64,000 bases of DNA from the human T2T-CHM13v2.0 reference genome, Homo sapiens, in assembly GCF_009914755.1 (NCBI RefSeq), contig NC_060929.1, one strand, 5' to 3'. The translations under genes and the position numbers were made by a program. The notes below the pieces were generated by a model that was not told the DNA's origin, did no database searches, and was given only the letters and a program-made list of their open reading frames with translations. Each line of letters starts with the position of its first letter. The first letter of the stretch is position 1. This document shows, one piece after another, positions 1 through 14,516 of this stretch.

Positions 1-115
1 CGAGGTTTCACCATGTTGGCCAGGCTCGTCTTGATCTCTCGACCTTGTGATCCGCCTCCCTTGGCCTCCCAAAGAGCTGGGAGCTGGGATTACAGGCGTG
101 AGCCACCGCACCCAG
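1..115 (-). mobile_element. Alu, left arm (truncated by the window edge)
   Basis: Antisense Alu 5' end: ttggcctcccaaag...gggattacaggcgtgagccaccgcacccag. Confidence 0.95.
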
Positions 116-339
116 ACAAAAACAAAAACAAAAACAAAAACAAAACAAAAAAACTTTTTAATAACGTTTGTCTATGAAAAGGAGTGAAGAATTAGGCTAC
201 TACTAGTAAAAAGAGGTAAAATTCTAGTCTTTTTAACGTTTTATTTTGAAGTAATTTTAGATAGAGAAGAATTGCAAAGATAATACAGGTGGCATATACA
301 CACACACACGCTTATACTTTAGAGCCTTTTGTGGTGTGG

Positions 340-342
<3 letters not shown>

Positions 343-370
<28 letters not shown>
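343..370. repeat. (GT)n microsatellite
   Basis: Direct reading of the sequence. Confidence 0.95.
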
Positions 371-373
<3 letters not shown>

Positions 374-2329
374 CAATCGATCTTTCTATCTATCCAGAAA
401 GGGTGGGTGGTTTAAAGAGAGATATATTGGCATTTTTAAAAGCTGTTGAAAGTATCCAGTAGACAAGATGAATTAGGAAATTCAAATCGTAGTGAATATT
501 ATACGTTTTCTGAAAATATTACCACATTAAGGGCAGTAGTGGAGAAGATGGCCTTCAATGAGTAAATAAATGTAGGAGAGGAGGAAAATCCATGCATTTC
601 TATGTAGGGACATTTGTGGATTTAGTGTTTTGAGTGTAAAGAGATTATCTCTTTTTTAATAAAAATTTGATATGTTTTACATAAAGTAGTACTTTTATAA
701 ATTTCAGCCTAGCCAGCTTTTGGTTTTTGTATCAAAATTGCCTGGTTAACATGTCACAATAAATGTATATGATTTCTTCTTCTTTCTTTTTTATTCAGTC
801 TTGTGTCGATTATTTTTCCTTTAATGCCTCTTCCACCTCATTACATCTTCCTCCTTTTACAATCTCTTCTCTATTTAAAATGTGGAGCTGGTTCTTTTCT
901 GTAGTAAAAAAAGAATCAGTGCCTGGAGAAAATTAATTGGAATTACCATCAACAAAGAAGGGAGTGGCTATTATTTCTAAAAGAGAAAAAGAAAAAATAG
1001 AAAAATGACATAAAAACATACTTCCTGAGCTGCCTTTTGCTGTATGTAACAGGGTAGAAAAATCTTGTCACCTTGAAGTGAAAGGAAACATGAGGCTCTC
1101 GAAGGTTTGAAAAGAAAAAAAAATAGAGCTTCTCCTTCCCCAGTGATTGTGAAAATGAGTGAGCAGAGGGAGAAAGTGGGTTTTCCAGATAATTGGAAGC
1201 AATCAATTCACAAGGCTTTTCAGGTGCGTGGATCCATGATTTTCTGTACATGCCCTCACAGCTGCCATAGACCTAGAGGCAACAGTGTGATGAATATGAT
1301 TAGAAGTGAGTGGAGCTGGGACAAGACTGTGACAGAAAAAAAATAATAATAAAAGCAAAACAGTTTCAAGTACTAGCAAGTGAGGTATTGGATCAGAAGC
1401 CAAAGAATTAAAAAGGGATAAACAGAAATGAGGAGAGGGAAAAAAGCCTTATTGATGGAAAGAAATGGAAATGTCATTGGACTGGAAATCCCAGTACAAC
1501 ACCGGAGTGGTGGGGCCATGGACCCCACAAGGTAAAAGATAGATGATCCAAAACTCCCTTTCCAGATGAATTTTGAAACTATGTAATCACATGTTTAAAT
1601 ACCAATTTATATTTTCATTAAATGATATTAAACTTATGCATCTATGGGTGGAAAATAATATATTTACTATTAACGTGTATTGTCAGTCAAGAGCATTTTT
1701 AAATATTTCTCTTCATACAAACCGTATTTTATGTCATTTTGGCAATGTTTGGTCTTTGTTTGCAATACAAATTGCAATTGCATACACAATTCTCATTCCA
1801 CTGGGTGAATATTCTGGTATTTTTAGAAAATTAAATGTTTAAGTCACCGAATTGATGACTACTACTTTAGCTATTGAGCAGAATTCAATAACAGTGACTG
1901 CATGGCCTATCAGTGAAAATGTTTTACACTGGCTATACAGATGGATCTGTCTACTTGAACTGATAATTAAATCTTATGCAGGCTTATGCTGACATATTTG
2001 CTTTTGACAGTTTAAGAAGTCAGTAGCATTCATTATTATTTGTACATTATTGATCTTTTGAATTTTAGTTTTCAATTTCACATCACGGATTAAGAAAGAA
2101 GTAGAACTTCATTCTAATAGAAATGTTGTCTTCTTTCTTCTCCTTATGGTCAGCATATTGTGAGACTAAACAAAGAGGGGAGAGCAAAATGAAATACATA
2201 ATGAGATTTTCATGAAATGTAATATATTGCTACTAATATCTATCACCATTTACAATATTTATAAATATGTAATATAGGAACCGAAGTTAAGAACAGGTTA
2301 AAAACATCAAATTTAAATTTATAGAGGTG

Positions 2330-2450
2330 TGGACCTAGATTTGCATATGTGTAAGTTTCAGCACCATTCCTTACTTATTAATTGTGCCATCTTGAGCAAC
2401 TACTCACCTAAGCCAGTATTTCCTCATCTAAGAATTGAATGTAATAATAC
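2330..2450 (+). mobile_element. MIR fragment
   Basis: Degenerate MIR core: cttgagcaactact...cagtatttcctcatctaagaattgaatgtaataatac. Confidence 0.55.
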
Positions 2451-3388
2451 TACAGGACAGAAAAAAGTAGTTGCATACATTTACTTGTCAGCTGTTAATA
2501 ATTAATTATAATTGACATAGAACTTCTTGAACTATATACTCTACAAGAAAAACAGATATACAACATCTCTAAAATGTTTCATTATTGAGCTGAGAATTCT
2601 GAAGATAGAAGATATTGAATATGTTAGCCTATCTCTAAATTGCATTTTTTTTGTTCCACAAAGTGCATAACTTATATGAATAATTTTTTTCTCCATATTC
2701 AACTGAGAATTTCAAATGATGCCTGAAGAAAATCACTTTAAGGGCACAGTGATGGATTTGTCAGTCTTTTGTTTCCCATCAGAGGAAAAACAAAGTGAGA
2801 CCAAAAGAGACATGAGAGATAATGCATCACTGTAAGAGCAAAAGAGAGGCACAATGTTGAGACAATAATGTGCCAACAAATGGATTTGAACTGATACCAA
2901 ATCTGCTTGTAGATGGAGAGGAGAAAAACATAGATGTGTCATAATGAAAGGGAATGTTGTACCAAAGGCAGTTCAGGAAGCACATTTCTATATCATATTC
3001 TCATTTTCCTTTTTCCCTTCTAGAAGGAGTACCCCACCACCACTTTTGTAGTGATAACCCTTATTAATTTTTCTCTGTGTACTTATGCTTTGTTGATTCT
3101 ATAGAAAAGTACCAGCTCCATTTTTTTAATAAGGGATGAGACTGTAAAAGGAGAAAGATACAATAGCATGGAAAGGGGATTGAAGAAAATAAATGATACA
3201 AAACTGAATAAAGAGAAAGAAAGAAGAAACCATATACATGTATTATAATATGTTAACCAAATAATGATTCAAAAACAAAAACTGTATATGCTGAAATTTC
3301 TGACTGTGCCACCTTATGTAAAACATTTTTTAGCAAGAACAAATTATAACATTTTGCGGCTATTTGTAGATTAGAAAGTGATGTATCC

Positions 3389-3731
<343 letters not shown>

Positions 3732-4308
3732 CTACGATCTCTACCAATCTCACTGAAATATTTTCAACACAATTCACATTGTTTTACAAATAATATTATT
3801 TAAAAAAACAGTTCACCCATGTGTGGACACAATTGTCTCTTCTTTTCTCTTTGTACTTATTAAAATTGTCAAAGAAATACATACACAGAGAAAAGCATAC
3901 TATGCAAAGTGTGTTCAGTCTATGGCCCAGCCATGCACATGATTAAATCTCCCTCCTGTGTACTCCTATTGTCCTGGAGATCAAAGTTTTCACTGTTTCC
4001 TTTTCATAGTTTTCTGTAACTACAGTATTTTTATGTTTTTGCCAAATAATCCAAAAGATCCATCCACTTTTATTCTGAATTTTTTTCCCCTGGAAGATCA
4101 CTCTTTTCCAATTAGGACTGGTTGTTCTTCAGTCTCGTGGGACAGTCGTCTTCCTTGGCTTTCATTCATCTTCAACTTAGGAGCTCCTCCACCGTGTTAC
4201 ATGCCTTGATCCCTGTTGTTCCTGCTCTCCTGTTTTCTATTTTTTCTGGAGTCCATACATTAGTAATTATCTTGAGTCCTAGTGGTGAACTTTTCTTGGA
4301 TTCTGTTT

Positions 4309-4357
4309 CAGCCTCCAAAAGTGCTGGGATTACAGGCATGAGCCACCACGCCTGGCC
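4309..4357 (-). mobile_element. Alu 5'-end remnant (about 50 bp)
   Basis: cagcctccaaaagtgctgggattacaggcatgagccaccacgcctggcc; the rest of the Alu is absent. Confidence 0.85.
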
Positions 4358-4644
4358 ACTGTATCAAATTGACTTTATTATAAACCAGGTGCAAATACAT
4401 TATCTATCATTTTCTTCTCTTTAACTTTTTGACCATTTGAAATAATACCTTTATAAATTTCTTTACCATTTTTTATTGGGGTTTCTGGGAGAAGGGAAGT
4501 AAACATTTGGGATCAGGTGAACTTCCTCAACTATAATTCACAAATAACTTTTATTAATAAAAGGGCTACCACACCTACTATTTTGAAAAGGAACAATTGT
4601 TCAGTTACATAAATTTAGAGACTTAGAAGTTACAGTTATGAACC

Positions 4645-5040
4645 TGCTATAATCTGATCATGTCCCCCACAGCTCATGTGTTGGAAACTTAATCATCAAT
4701 GCAACAGTATTTGGAGGTGGAACTTTTAAGAGGCGATTAGGTCATGAGGGTTCTACACTCACGAATAGAGTAATATTGCTATTAAGGATGTGGGTTTGTT
4801 ATTGAGAACATGGGCTTGTTTTAAAAATAAGTTTGGCCCTCTCTTTTCTCTCTTTTTATCCCTATGTGACCCTCTCTCATTCTACCATGAGATAATGAAA
4901 CAAGAAGGCTCTCGCCAGATGCCGACAACTTGATGTTAGATTTCCCAGCCTCCAGAACTGTGAGAATAAATTTGTAATTTTCAGACAAATTACCCAGTAT
5001 GAGATATTCTGTTATGTCAACACAGAAAGGACAAAGGCCA
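4645..5040 (+). mobile_element. MST-type MaLR solo LTR
   Basis: Starts tgctataatctg...catgtgttggaaacttaatc and carries the MaLR 3' motif cccagcctccagaactgtgagaataaattt. Confidence 0.8.
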
Positions 5041-5915
5041 AGCATAATAAAATTTTCTTCATTTTGAAACAAGGGAGTGTTTCAGTGACTTAGTTTTTGA
5101 TGAATTCTGACACTTTTTGGAAAGATTAGGCTTGTAACAAAAAATATTTTATTTTGTTTTTATTTGTTTAATCTTTAATTTTCTTCCTCTCTTTATTTGA
5201 ATCTGATTTTCTGACTATATGATTTTCACTCTTTCTGGAAAACTTTTAATATTTCTTGCAAGGCAGATCTACAGGCATGAAATTCTCTTAATTTCTGTTT
5301 AAGGAATAGTTATTTTTGCTTTCTTTTAAAGGGTAACTTGTATGGATACAGAATTTTGATTTGGTGTTTTCTTTCAACACCTTTTAAATATTTCAGTCTA
5401 CAATTTTTTTGCTTGTATGGTTTCTGTAAAGAAGTCCAGTGTAATTCTATGTGAAAAAATCCAATGCAATTCTATTTGTGTCTATAGGTAAGATGTACAA
5501 CCAGTCACTTCTTTCTGGCTTCTTTTAAGAATTTTTCTTTGTCCCCAGTTTTCCTCCATTTGAATATAACATGACTAGGTTGAGATTTTTACTATGTATC
5601 CTGTTTACTGTTTACTAAATTTTGGGGGGCTGTGGTTTGGTGTCTGCCATTAATTGTGCAGATTTCTCAGCCCTTATTATGTTAAATATTCTTTTGATTC
5701 CTTTATCTCTTTTTGTTACTCTCCTTACATCTATGTCACAGATTTTATAATTTTCCAATAGTACTTGGTTATTACATTCCATTTTATTTTTTATTCTTCC
5801 TTTCTCTGTACATTTCAGTTTGAGAAGTTTCTATTGATACATCTTTAAGCTCATTGATTGGCCACATCCAGTCTAGTGGTAAGCCCGTCAAAGGCATTAC
5901 TCATTTCTGTTACAG

Positions 5916-6277
5916 TGTATTAGCCTGTTTGGGCTGTTTTAACAAAATATGATAAACTGAATAACTTATAAACAACAAAAATTTAGTTCTCACAGTTCTG
6001 GAGGCTGTAAAGTTCAAGATCAATGCACTAGAAGATTCAGTGTGTAGTGGGGGACTGCTCATACATAAGAGGGTATCTTCTTGCTGAGTCTTCATATGTA
6101 AAATGGGAAAACAAGTTCCTTTTAGCCTCCTTTCTAAGAATCATAATTATATTCATGACATATCCACCCTCAGAACCTAATTATCTCCCAAAGGCTTCCC
6201 CTGCTAATACTATCACCTTGGGATTTAGGTTTCCAACATGTGAGTTTGAGGGAAAAACATGCATTCAGATCGTAACA
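5916..6277 (-). mobile_element. MLT1A/MST-type MaLR LTR
   Basis: tgtattagcctgttt...aacaaaaatttagttctcacagttctggaggctg...cagatcgtaaca; TG...CA ends. Confidence 0.8.
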
Positions 6278-6524
6278 TGCAAGGCTTTTGTTTCTAGCAT
6301 TTCATTTTGATTTTTTCTTAGAGTTTATATCTCTGCTTATATTACATTCCTGTGCTTCGTCCACTTTTTCCCATTTCAGGCTTATGAATGTTAATTGTAG
6401 TTATTTTAAATTTTCAAATTTTCTCTGCCATATCTGAGTCTGGTTCTGATGCTTGCTTCTTCTATTCAGACCGTGTTTTTTGTCTTTTATTATGTTTGCA
6501 ATTAATTAATTAATTAATTTACTT

Positions 6525-6635
6525 ACTTTTATTTTTTAAAGAGACAGCGTGTTACTATGTTGCCCAGGCTGGTCCCAAATTCCTAGGTTCAAGCAATCCA
6601 CCCATCTCAGCCTCCCAAAGTGTTGGGATCATAAG
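6525..6635 (-). mobile_element. FLAM/AluJ monomer
   Basis: gagacagcgtgttactatgttgcccaggctgg...cagcctcccaaagtgttgggat. Confidence 0.8.
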
Positions 6636-7765
6636 TTTTATGTTTTTCTAACTGTGAGTTAGATTATGTTTTCCTGTCAGGTGTAGCTATGGTGTTAGAA
6701 GCTAAATTCCATCTAGAGTCCTCATTTTTGTTTCACCTTTTTTGGGGAGGGGGATTGTAGAATTAAGACATTCATTTTTTGAAAAATATCTCAGGCTTGC
6801 AATACTTTCAGCTGTCATCACTTGTTTTTATACAGGAGTCCCACTGATGTGGTAAAAAGGTGTTTGGGGAGGGAAAGTATCCTATGGTTCTGTGACTAGG
6901 TCTCAGTATTTTAGTGAACCTGGTCCCGGGCTGTGACCCTTGCAATTGCTTCTCATCTTTTCTCTTTTCTCCATAGGTGAGACAGAAAGGCTAGAAGGGG
7001 CTGGAGTTGGATATTTCACTTCCAACTGTTAGGTCAGACTTCAATAAATCCCAGTTAGGCTCTGACAAAATTGTTCCTGTAAGGGCCAGCATCGTTAAAG
7101 AAAGCATAGATATCTGGGCATGTTTCAAAATTGTTACTTTTTCCTTCCTTCTGCCAAAAGTGTGAGAGGATTTTCATCCAACCCTCACTGTTGAGAACTT
7201 CATGGGATTCCTGGAGATAAAATTAGTGAAAGACTAGGATCACATGGAGATTTTAACTCTGAAGCTAGTCCACAACAAAACTCCAGCAATTTGTCAATTA
7301 TAACGTACATTTTCCTAACGGGATTGGCACAGTGATGGAATTCTGTTTCTGGACATCTGCCCTTCATAAGCTGTGATTCTCTGTATTCACTTGTCTGTCT
7401 CCCCAGCTGTAGGGGCAGAAGTTTGCCTTGTGGCTTCAATTCTATGTAGATTGTAAGAAGAGTTATTGATTTGCAGCTTGTTCAACTTTTCTTTTCTTCT
7501 TGTGAGAATGCAGTTGACACCTCCAAGCACTTTATAAGTTGGACTGGAAACCATAAGCGCAATTGACATAATATACAAAAATCCTATTATTAATTCCTGT
7601 TTTCAATGGTCAACTTATCTCTCAGATTCCATAATTGCAGTTATTTATGATGTCATTTTTTATTTCCTCAATGTAAAATTGCATGTTTCATTTTACTCCT
7701 ACTCCAAAAGATACGTCTCTAGATAATCAATTAGTTTGGTTACCTTTTCACCCATCTATTCTCTC

Positions 7766-8061
7766 TTTTTTTTTTTTTGGAGACTGACTTTCACTCTTGT
7801 TGCCCAGGCTGGAGTGCAATGGGACTATCTTGGCTCACCACAACGTCCATCTCCTGGGTTCAAGTGCTTCTCCTGCTTCAGCCTCCCAAGTAGCTACGAT
7901 TGCAGGCATGCACCACCACACCTGGCTAATTTTGTATTTTTAGTAGAGATGGGGTTTCTCCATGTTGGTCAGACTGGTCTCGAACTCTCGACCTCAGGTG
8001 ATCCACCTGCCTCAACCTCCTAAAGTGCTGGGATTACAGGCGTGAGCCACCATGCCCAGCC
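7766..8061 (-). mobile_element. AluS-type, full length
   Basis: Poly-T followed by an antisense dimeric Alu ending gagccaccatgcccagcc. Confidence 0.95.
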
Positions 8062-8294
8062 TTATATTCCTAATCATTACAATTAGGAACTGTGTCAAAA
8101 ATAATTCTCTCACTGATGATGCCATTCACTAATCTATTTGGAAACTTTCTCCTGGCCCTTACTATGTATAAGGATTTAGGTACTGAGTCTAACAGAAAAA
8201 GGTACCAGATGTAATTTCCACATTCAAGGTCCTAAATCTAATGACATAAGATTGCCAAAACACACATGTAATGCACAAAGTGAGGAAATGGCAA

Positions 8295-8770
8295 TGTATT
8301 ATTTTTCTGTGGCTGCTGTGAAAAATTACGACAATTTGAGTGACCTAAATCTACAGAAATTTATTCTCTCACAGTTATATAGGCCAAAAGTTGTAAGTTA
8401 AGGTTTTTCCAATGCTACACTCCTTCCAGAGGTTATAGCAAATAATGTATTATTTGCTTCTTGCAGCTTCTAAAGACTGTAGGTATTCCTCGGCTTGTGG
8501 CTGCATCACTCCAATCTCTCTAAGTCAGATAGTCTCCTCTTCTTCTGCTTGTATTTCTCTTCTTTGGTCTGTTTCAAAGATTCTTTTGGCTTTGATCTCA
8601 TAAGAATACATTTGATGGTATTTAGGGCCTACTGGATTATCCAGGATGCGTTCTTCCTCTCAAGATTCTTTAACTCTATAACATTTTTGTTATAAAAGGT
8701 AATATTCACAAGTTCCAAATATTATGGCATGGAGATATCTTTTGGGGGCAATGATTATGGTCAATAAAAC
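8295..8770 (-). mobile_element. MLT1C-like MaLR LTR
   Basis: tgtatt...gtggctgctgtg...acagaaatttattctctcacagtt...cttgtggctgcatcactccaatctct. Confidence 0.75.
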
Positions 8771-10637
8771 ACTAAAAATTACAGAAATAGAGAAAGAATT
8801 TAGAGAAGACTCTGCTCTTGAGATAGGTGTATTTAATCTATTTAAGGGAATGAGTTTTAAGTTTTTTAATTTCTAAAAAAGAAAAAAGCAACTCATGTTA
8901 ATGATTATTTTAGTGCCTCTCACAGTCCTAAACATAAATGCATATTATTCTACTTAAACATTGTAAGGACTTGATCTGTATATATGATTGCTCCAATTGA
9001 TTTATAGCTGAATACAAACTAGTAAAGAAGAAGATTGAATTTTAAGGAGGATAGAGGATTACGTAATTTCTCTGGTCATAGTCCTCATAAGTAAGAGAGA
9101 ATTCCAGTCACCTTCTTCCGGCCCCCAGCTCATGAACTCCTAATAGAAAAGAATGGAAAAAATATAGTAATAATAATAAAATGAAAGTCAGTCTTTTCCA
9201 GAAGTATATTGTACTTTCTTTTATATCAAGAGTAAAATGCATTTACACTAATAGGCTTTTTGGTTTTTGTTTTTTTAGCTCAAAATTTGAGGGCACTATT
9301 TGAATTATTTTGTCAGCTTCCAGTTATCATTAGACCTGCTACTGCACTTAACTGGTAAGGCAGTAAAAGCAGACTTAAAAAGCAAGAAGCTCTCTGCCAT
9401 ATGCCTTTGGGGCTTGCTGTCAAAGCAATCCCGATGCATCCCATAAAGGCAGAGAGAAGATGGAACCTCTGAGCCGGAGGTAACATCAGCAAAGCTGATG
9501 AAATGAGAAGTTGTGCTTACAGGCTTCAGTAGCATCATCATCTCTTCCTATTTATTGATACATTCTCACCAAGGATAAGAAGAGAAAAGATGTTTTGAGG
9601 CAGAACTTGCCATTAATCAGTTCCAGAATGCTTGGAGGTGGGGGAAGTTTGTCAGGCACATGAAGGGCAAAGAATCTACATTTCATAAAGTGTATCATCA
9701 CATAGGCTGTTTTGCCTTAGAGCATAAATGAAGATCAAAGTAGTAAAGAGATTTAGTGGCATGAATTTGATAGATTCTTGTTTTTTGAAAAATAAATCAT
9801 ATGATAAACTAATAATAGAAGACAATAGGCTTGAAAATTCAAAGAGAACTGGGCTGTTTATCTCCATTTATAACATTGTTTGATGAAATTATGTTGGGGT
9901 TTTGAGTAAGCTTTAGGCTTTGAAACAGCAAGCTATAATCCTGATAGACTGACCATTTCTAATTTGCAGCTTTTTTTTTTTTTCATTTTGTGATGGCATC
10001 AGTATTTCTAAGGCATTGGTTAATAAAATGAAAAGACAAACACTTTTCAAATAATTTCATTAAAGTGAAACTTGATCTAAATCTTGGACACTTATTCAAA
10101 ATAGAGAATGAGTTCGTTTTCTGACCTAAGAGTTATCAAAAATAAACATTCATTATATGGCTTTGTTTTTTCCCATTTTGTTGCCTTAGTGTATGAAATA
10201 TAATATTTTTTTAAATAAAAAAAGATTTAGTGAGTCTAAACACATTGAATTTATGGGATCTCCAATTTCATATCTGCAGATACAAGGACATCTCCTATTC
10301 ATTCTTGGCCCCTCCTCTTCTTCAAATGTCAGCCTCAGTGCAGGCAGAATCTGTTGAAGGATGTCTATTTCCTTTTGTTTACCCCTGGTCCTAGCTGAGC
10401 CTCATTAGAGAAAACAAACCCCCCATGAAAGAAACTATTGGAAACTAGGAAGAGGTCAGTGTAAATTAGTTCAAAAAGTGGGACTTCGATAGTCACCTAG
10501 TACAGAGGCAGGAAGCTATATAAACAGAGACATCAATTCGAAAGAGAAGGTCCAGGGCCTTTTTTGTTCAAAGATAAGCCTTTAAGTGAGTTGCTCTGTC
10601 TCTCTTGTTTTCTTTTCTGTTTCTCTCTCTCTCACAG

Positions 10638-10861
10638 ATGTTTACCTGTCTATGAATGAACACTGTGCATCCTTTTTGAAGTTTATTTCCATGCAACATC
10701 TGTGAGAATTTTGGCTTTAGGTCTTACTTCAAAGCTTTTGTACTTAATGATAGAACAAACAGATGATTCAACAGTAACGGCACACCCTGCCAGGAAGACA
10801 TTTCCATGTGACACAGTTTTTGACGTTTAATAGCAGCATAAATTTTCAAAAGGCAAACAAG
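10638..10861 (+). other. Candidate non-coding internal exon
   Basis: About 40-nt polypyrimidine tract ending ctcacag|, and donor AAG|GTATGT at 10861/10862; unique sequence; no transcript evidence available. Confidence 0.3.
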
Positions 10862-13800
10862 GTATGTTAGCTTCATGATAGGAAGGAATCAACTTTTCTG
10901 TGCCAAAGAAATGATGCCAAGATGGTAAAATGGGAGATTCTGATGCCATCTTATCAGGAAGTCTCAACTTTTTTTCTTCAGCTCAAAAAATAACATTTTC
11001 AAAACTTCGAGTGCCATTTGTTGATTATCTTGATCCTGGAAGAAAAAGCATAGCTAATGCCTTGGACTAGCTCTCAAATTGACTACCACATATTACCTGT
11101 TTTCTAAGTATCTAGAATTGATATAATTATCTGTGTACTTTATCATATTAATCTTTGCAAAAATCTAGAAATATTAGATTTACCCCATTTTATATATAAG
11201 GTAGCTGCTATTTTAAGAAGTCATGTAACTTTATCAAGGTGGCATAGGTAATAATAAGTTAAAGCAAAATCTAAACCAAGCAGACTAACCCAAGAACATG
11301 CGGTCACTGTGAATTATTGCTCTAAGATATTCCTGGAGTAATGGTATTTTACCTGTGTTATGTGTAGCCACTTTTAATGTTTTTAAGCAAGTATAAAAGA
11401 TTAAATAAGAAATATTGATCAAGGACATATAGGTTCACACAGTGGCAATAGACATTCAGGTTTAGTGCAATAAAAATGTCCAATGAGGGCATTGTTAACA
11501 TCTAAACTGGATTAATGGGCTTTTTCTTAATTTCCCCCCAAAGTAGCGCCACTTAATATAAACACATGTGCAATGTATAGTGTTTTCTGTGGCTAAAATG
11601 ATGAGAAATTAACAAACTTTATATACACACACACATAAAAAAATTATTCTTGGGTCTACAGGTATTCTGCATAGATATTTTTTCTTGTAAAGCTAAATTA
11701 TTTAACATTCAAATTTACCATTATAGAGCCTAGAGAACTTTTGTTATTCCATCATTTTTTAGCAAAATAAAAGTTATACTCCTAAAAGTCATATACGTAA
11801 ACTTTTGAATACACCAAATGAGTACTACCTAAATGATTTCCAGGAGGAATAATAAATAAGGAATGTTGCAAAGGCATTTTAGCATATTTCTTAGCTAGTC
11901 AATAGTGGCATTGTTTTAAGACAATGGTTGATTACACTGCACATATAAACTTTGTCAAGTTGTTCATTATTTTCAAAGGCATTTATAATATAAAGTTTTT
12001 TTCACCAACAATAACCATATTTTAATAACAAAAAATACTCATCTCAAAGAATCTTATGATCTCTTAAAACACAACCAAGCAAAGAAAATAACATAAAACT
12101 GAAAGATATGTGAATTATTATACTATCATAATCTGTTATTTGTATTTTGACTGTGATAGGTACAAAAAAAGGACCAGAATATCCAACAAATACAATATAA
12201 ATGGTCTTTATACATTTAAGAAGCATTGAAGTAATACCCTTAAGTAACGAGAAAAAGCTAGGGATTTTAATTTTAGTAATGAAAATTGATGAGAATTAAT
12301 CTGATGCAAGGGTTGTAATCTTTACACACACATAAAATATTCTCTCTTGTATACTAGGAAAGAAGAAAAGTAAGACATTAATTTAAATTCCATACCACAA
12401 GACTCTACTAAAATACTAACTCAACAACAATCCTGAATATCAAGAACTTCTGACTTATTTCTATTAGTAAGACTCTCCTTACTAATAGATTTTCTGGGTG
12501 GAATTGTTTGGATAATTAAGATCATTTTGCTTAGCAAATATCTCATTATAAATTACTATTCTTAATGTCCTAGGTAGCAGTATATTTAATTGTCCATTTG
12601 TAATGATTTTTGAAATAGAAATACACCAGGAGAGAACCCCAGTACCTTGGGTTTACACTAAGGAAGAAACATTTCTACATTCTATTTAAATTAGGGTAAT
12701 TTTTAATATTGCTTAGATATCTAGGCATGAGGTAAAGAGATGGGAAAATAAAATATTCTGTAAAAACAATTTCAAAAAAACATACAGCAGACTATCAAAG
12801 ATGATCTTCACCCATCAATCTTTACATACAGAAGCCAATGGCCATTATCTCATCCCCAATAAGATATATTCATTTGCAGACTCTTTTAGGCATATTAGAA
12901 TGGTTTGTGCCTCCATGCAAAGCACAATCTCTATTAACAAGAAGGAAGGTGAAGAGAGGTTTTGCAAAGAATATCTTTCCAAATTAAATAAATCATGTCT
13001 GTATTAAACATCTTATGCCAAATTTAGGATAAATTGATGCATAAAACTAATTATGGCCACCATATGGAAGGACAAAATTCACATACATTGGAAAATTTAG
13101 GTATAGATGCAGATCTTTAAAGGTATATATACAGTATTAGTTGCATGTGCATTGTTGTCTTTTTACATAGATAGCACTATGTGTCAGGAAGTGTTTCCTT
13201 TCGATGGCATAGAGTCATTTCTCTCTAGTGACAGCACTAGAAAAGCAGCAAAAGGGGCAGCTAGTCAGGGAAATCCCTGCCACCAGTCAATTGGCAACGG
13301 AGTCCTGTTCACACACTCCACAGAGAAAGATAAATTGATTGCTTGGATGAAATGGACAGTGAAAGTCAAAGACATTTTTGAAAATGTGCAAGGTTTGTCC
13401 TCCAAGAATGGAAAAGACTTGTCTGCAGAATTTAATTTGTCTATAAACTTCAGAGTTATTTGAACTAAAATTGCAAAATCTTTCAAGATAGTCCTAGTTA
13501 TAACTGTTTCTTTCAAAAACTCTGCATTAGAATAATATGGTGTGGTACAGAGAAACATACTTACAGGATAGTGAGGAACTATAGACCTGGAAAGTCAAAT
13601 CTGATATACCCTTTCACAAATATGAAGGAACACATTCAAACAGTAATATAAGGTAAAATTTTCCTCAATAAATTTGTTTTCTGAAAGTATCAATGGTGAG
13701 ATTTAAGGGACTAATTTATTTATACTTCAAGAATGAAAACAGAATATTAGTAACAAGTAAGAAGAAAAGAAAACATGTATAAAATGCAGGCTTTTTTTCT

Positions 13801-14142
13801 TCCCCTTCCCAAATATCATCTTCCCCCAAAATTCAGTCCATTAAGGAAGTTTTTGTTAATGTTTTGTTTCATTGTGTGTAGGATGATGTCCAGATTAGGA
13901 AATAATTTCAATATCTAAATCAAATATTTATTTTCCATTACTTCTTAAAAAGTATATTTTAAAAGTAAAATTTAGAGAACTATAAGTGTCAAGATTGTTA
14001 TGCTACTGTATCTTACCAAATAAATAGCTGTTTAAAAATTTATACAATTTTAGACATTTTTATCTCACATGCTATTTTAGAAATTCCCCAGGAAACATTT
14101 TATGTTCAGGAATGATTAAGACATTATGGAGATTATATATAC

Positions 14143-14516
14143 ACATATATATACATATATTATATATATACATATGTACATATATTATATATACATATAT
14201 ATTATATATACATATATACATACATACATATATTTACATATATATTATATATATACGTATATATAATATATATGCATATATATTATATATATACGTATAT
14301 ATAATATATATGCATATATATTATATATATACGTATATATACATAGATACACATATACATACATGTATATATACATATATATACGTATATATACATATAT
14401 ACGTGTATATATACATATATACGTATATATACATATATACGTGTATATATACATATATATACGTATAAATGTATGTGTATATATATGTATAATATATATA
14501 CACATACATATATATA
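14143..14516. repeat. Long interrupted (TA)n / TA-rich satellite
   Basis: About 370 bp of TA dinucleotides with tac/tacg/tgca interruptions. Confidence 0.95.

Larger units (their letters stand above)
5200..7550 (-). mobile_element. Ancient L1M fragments (5'UTR/ORF1 region), interrupted by MLT1 and an Alu monomer
   Basis: T-rich antisense L1M ORF1-type sequence, e.g. ggatacagaattttg and tttcagtttgagaagtttctattgatacatc. Confidence 0.65.

Noticed and set aside
14112-14509. I/Y-rich ORFs
   Set aside because: Translations of the (TA)n satellite.
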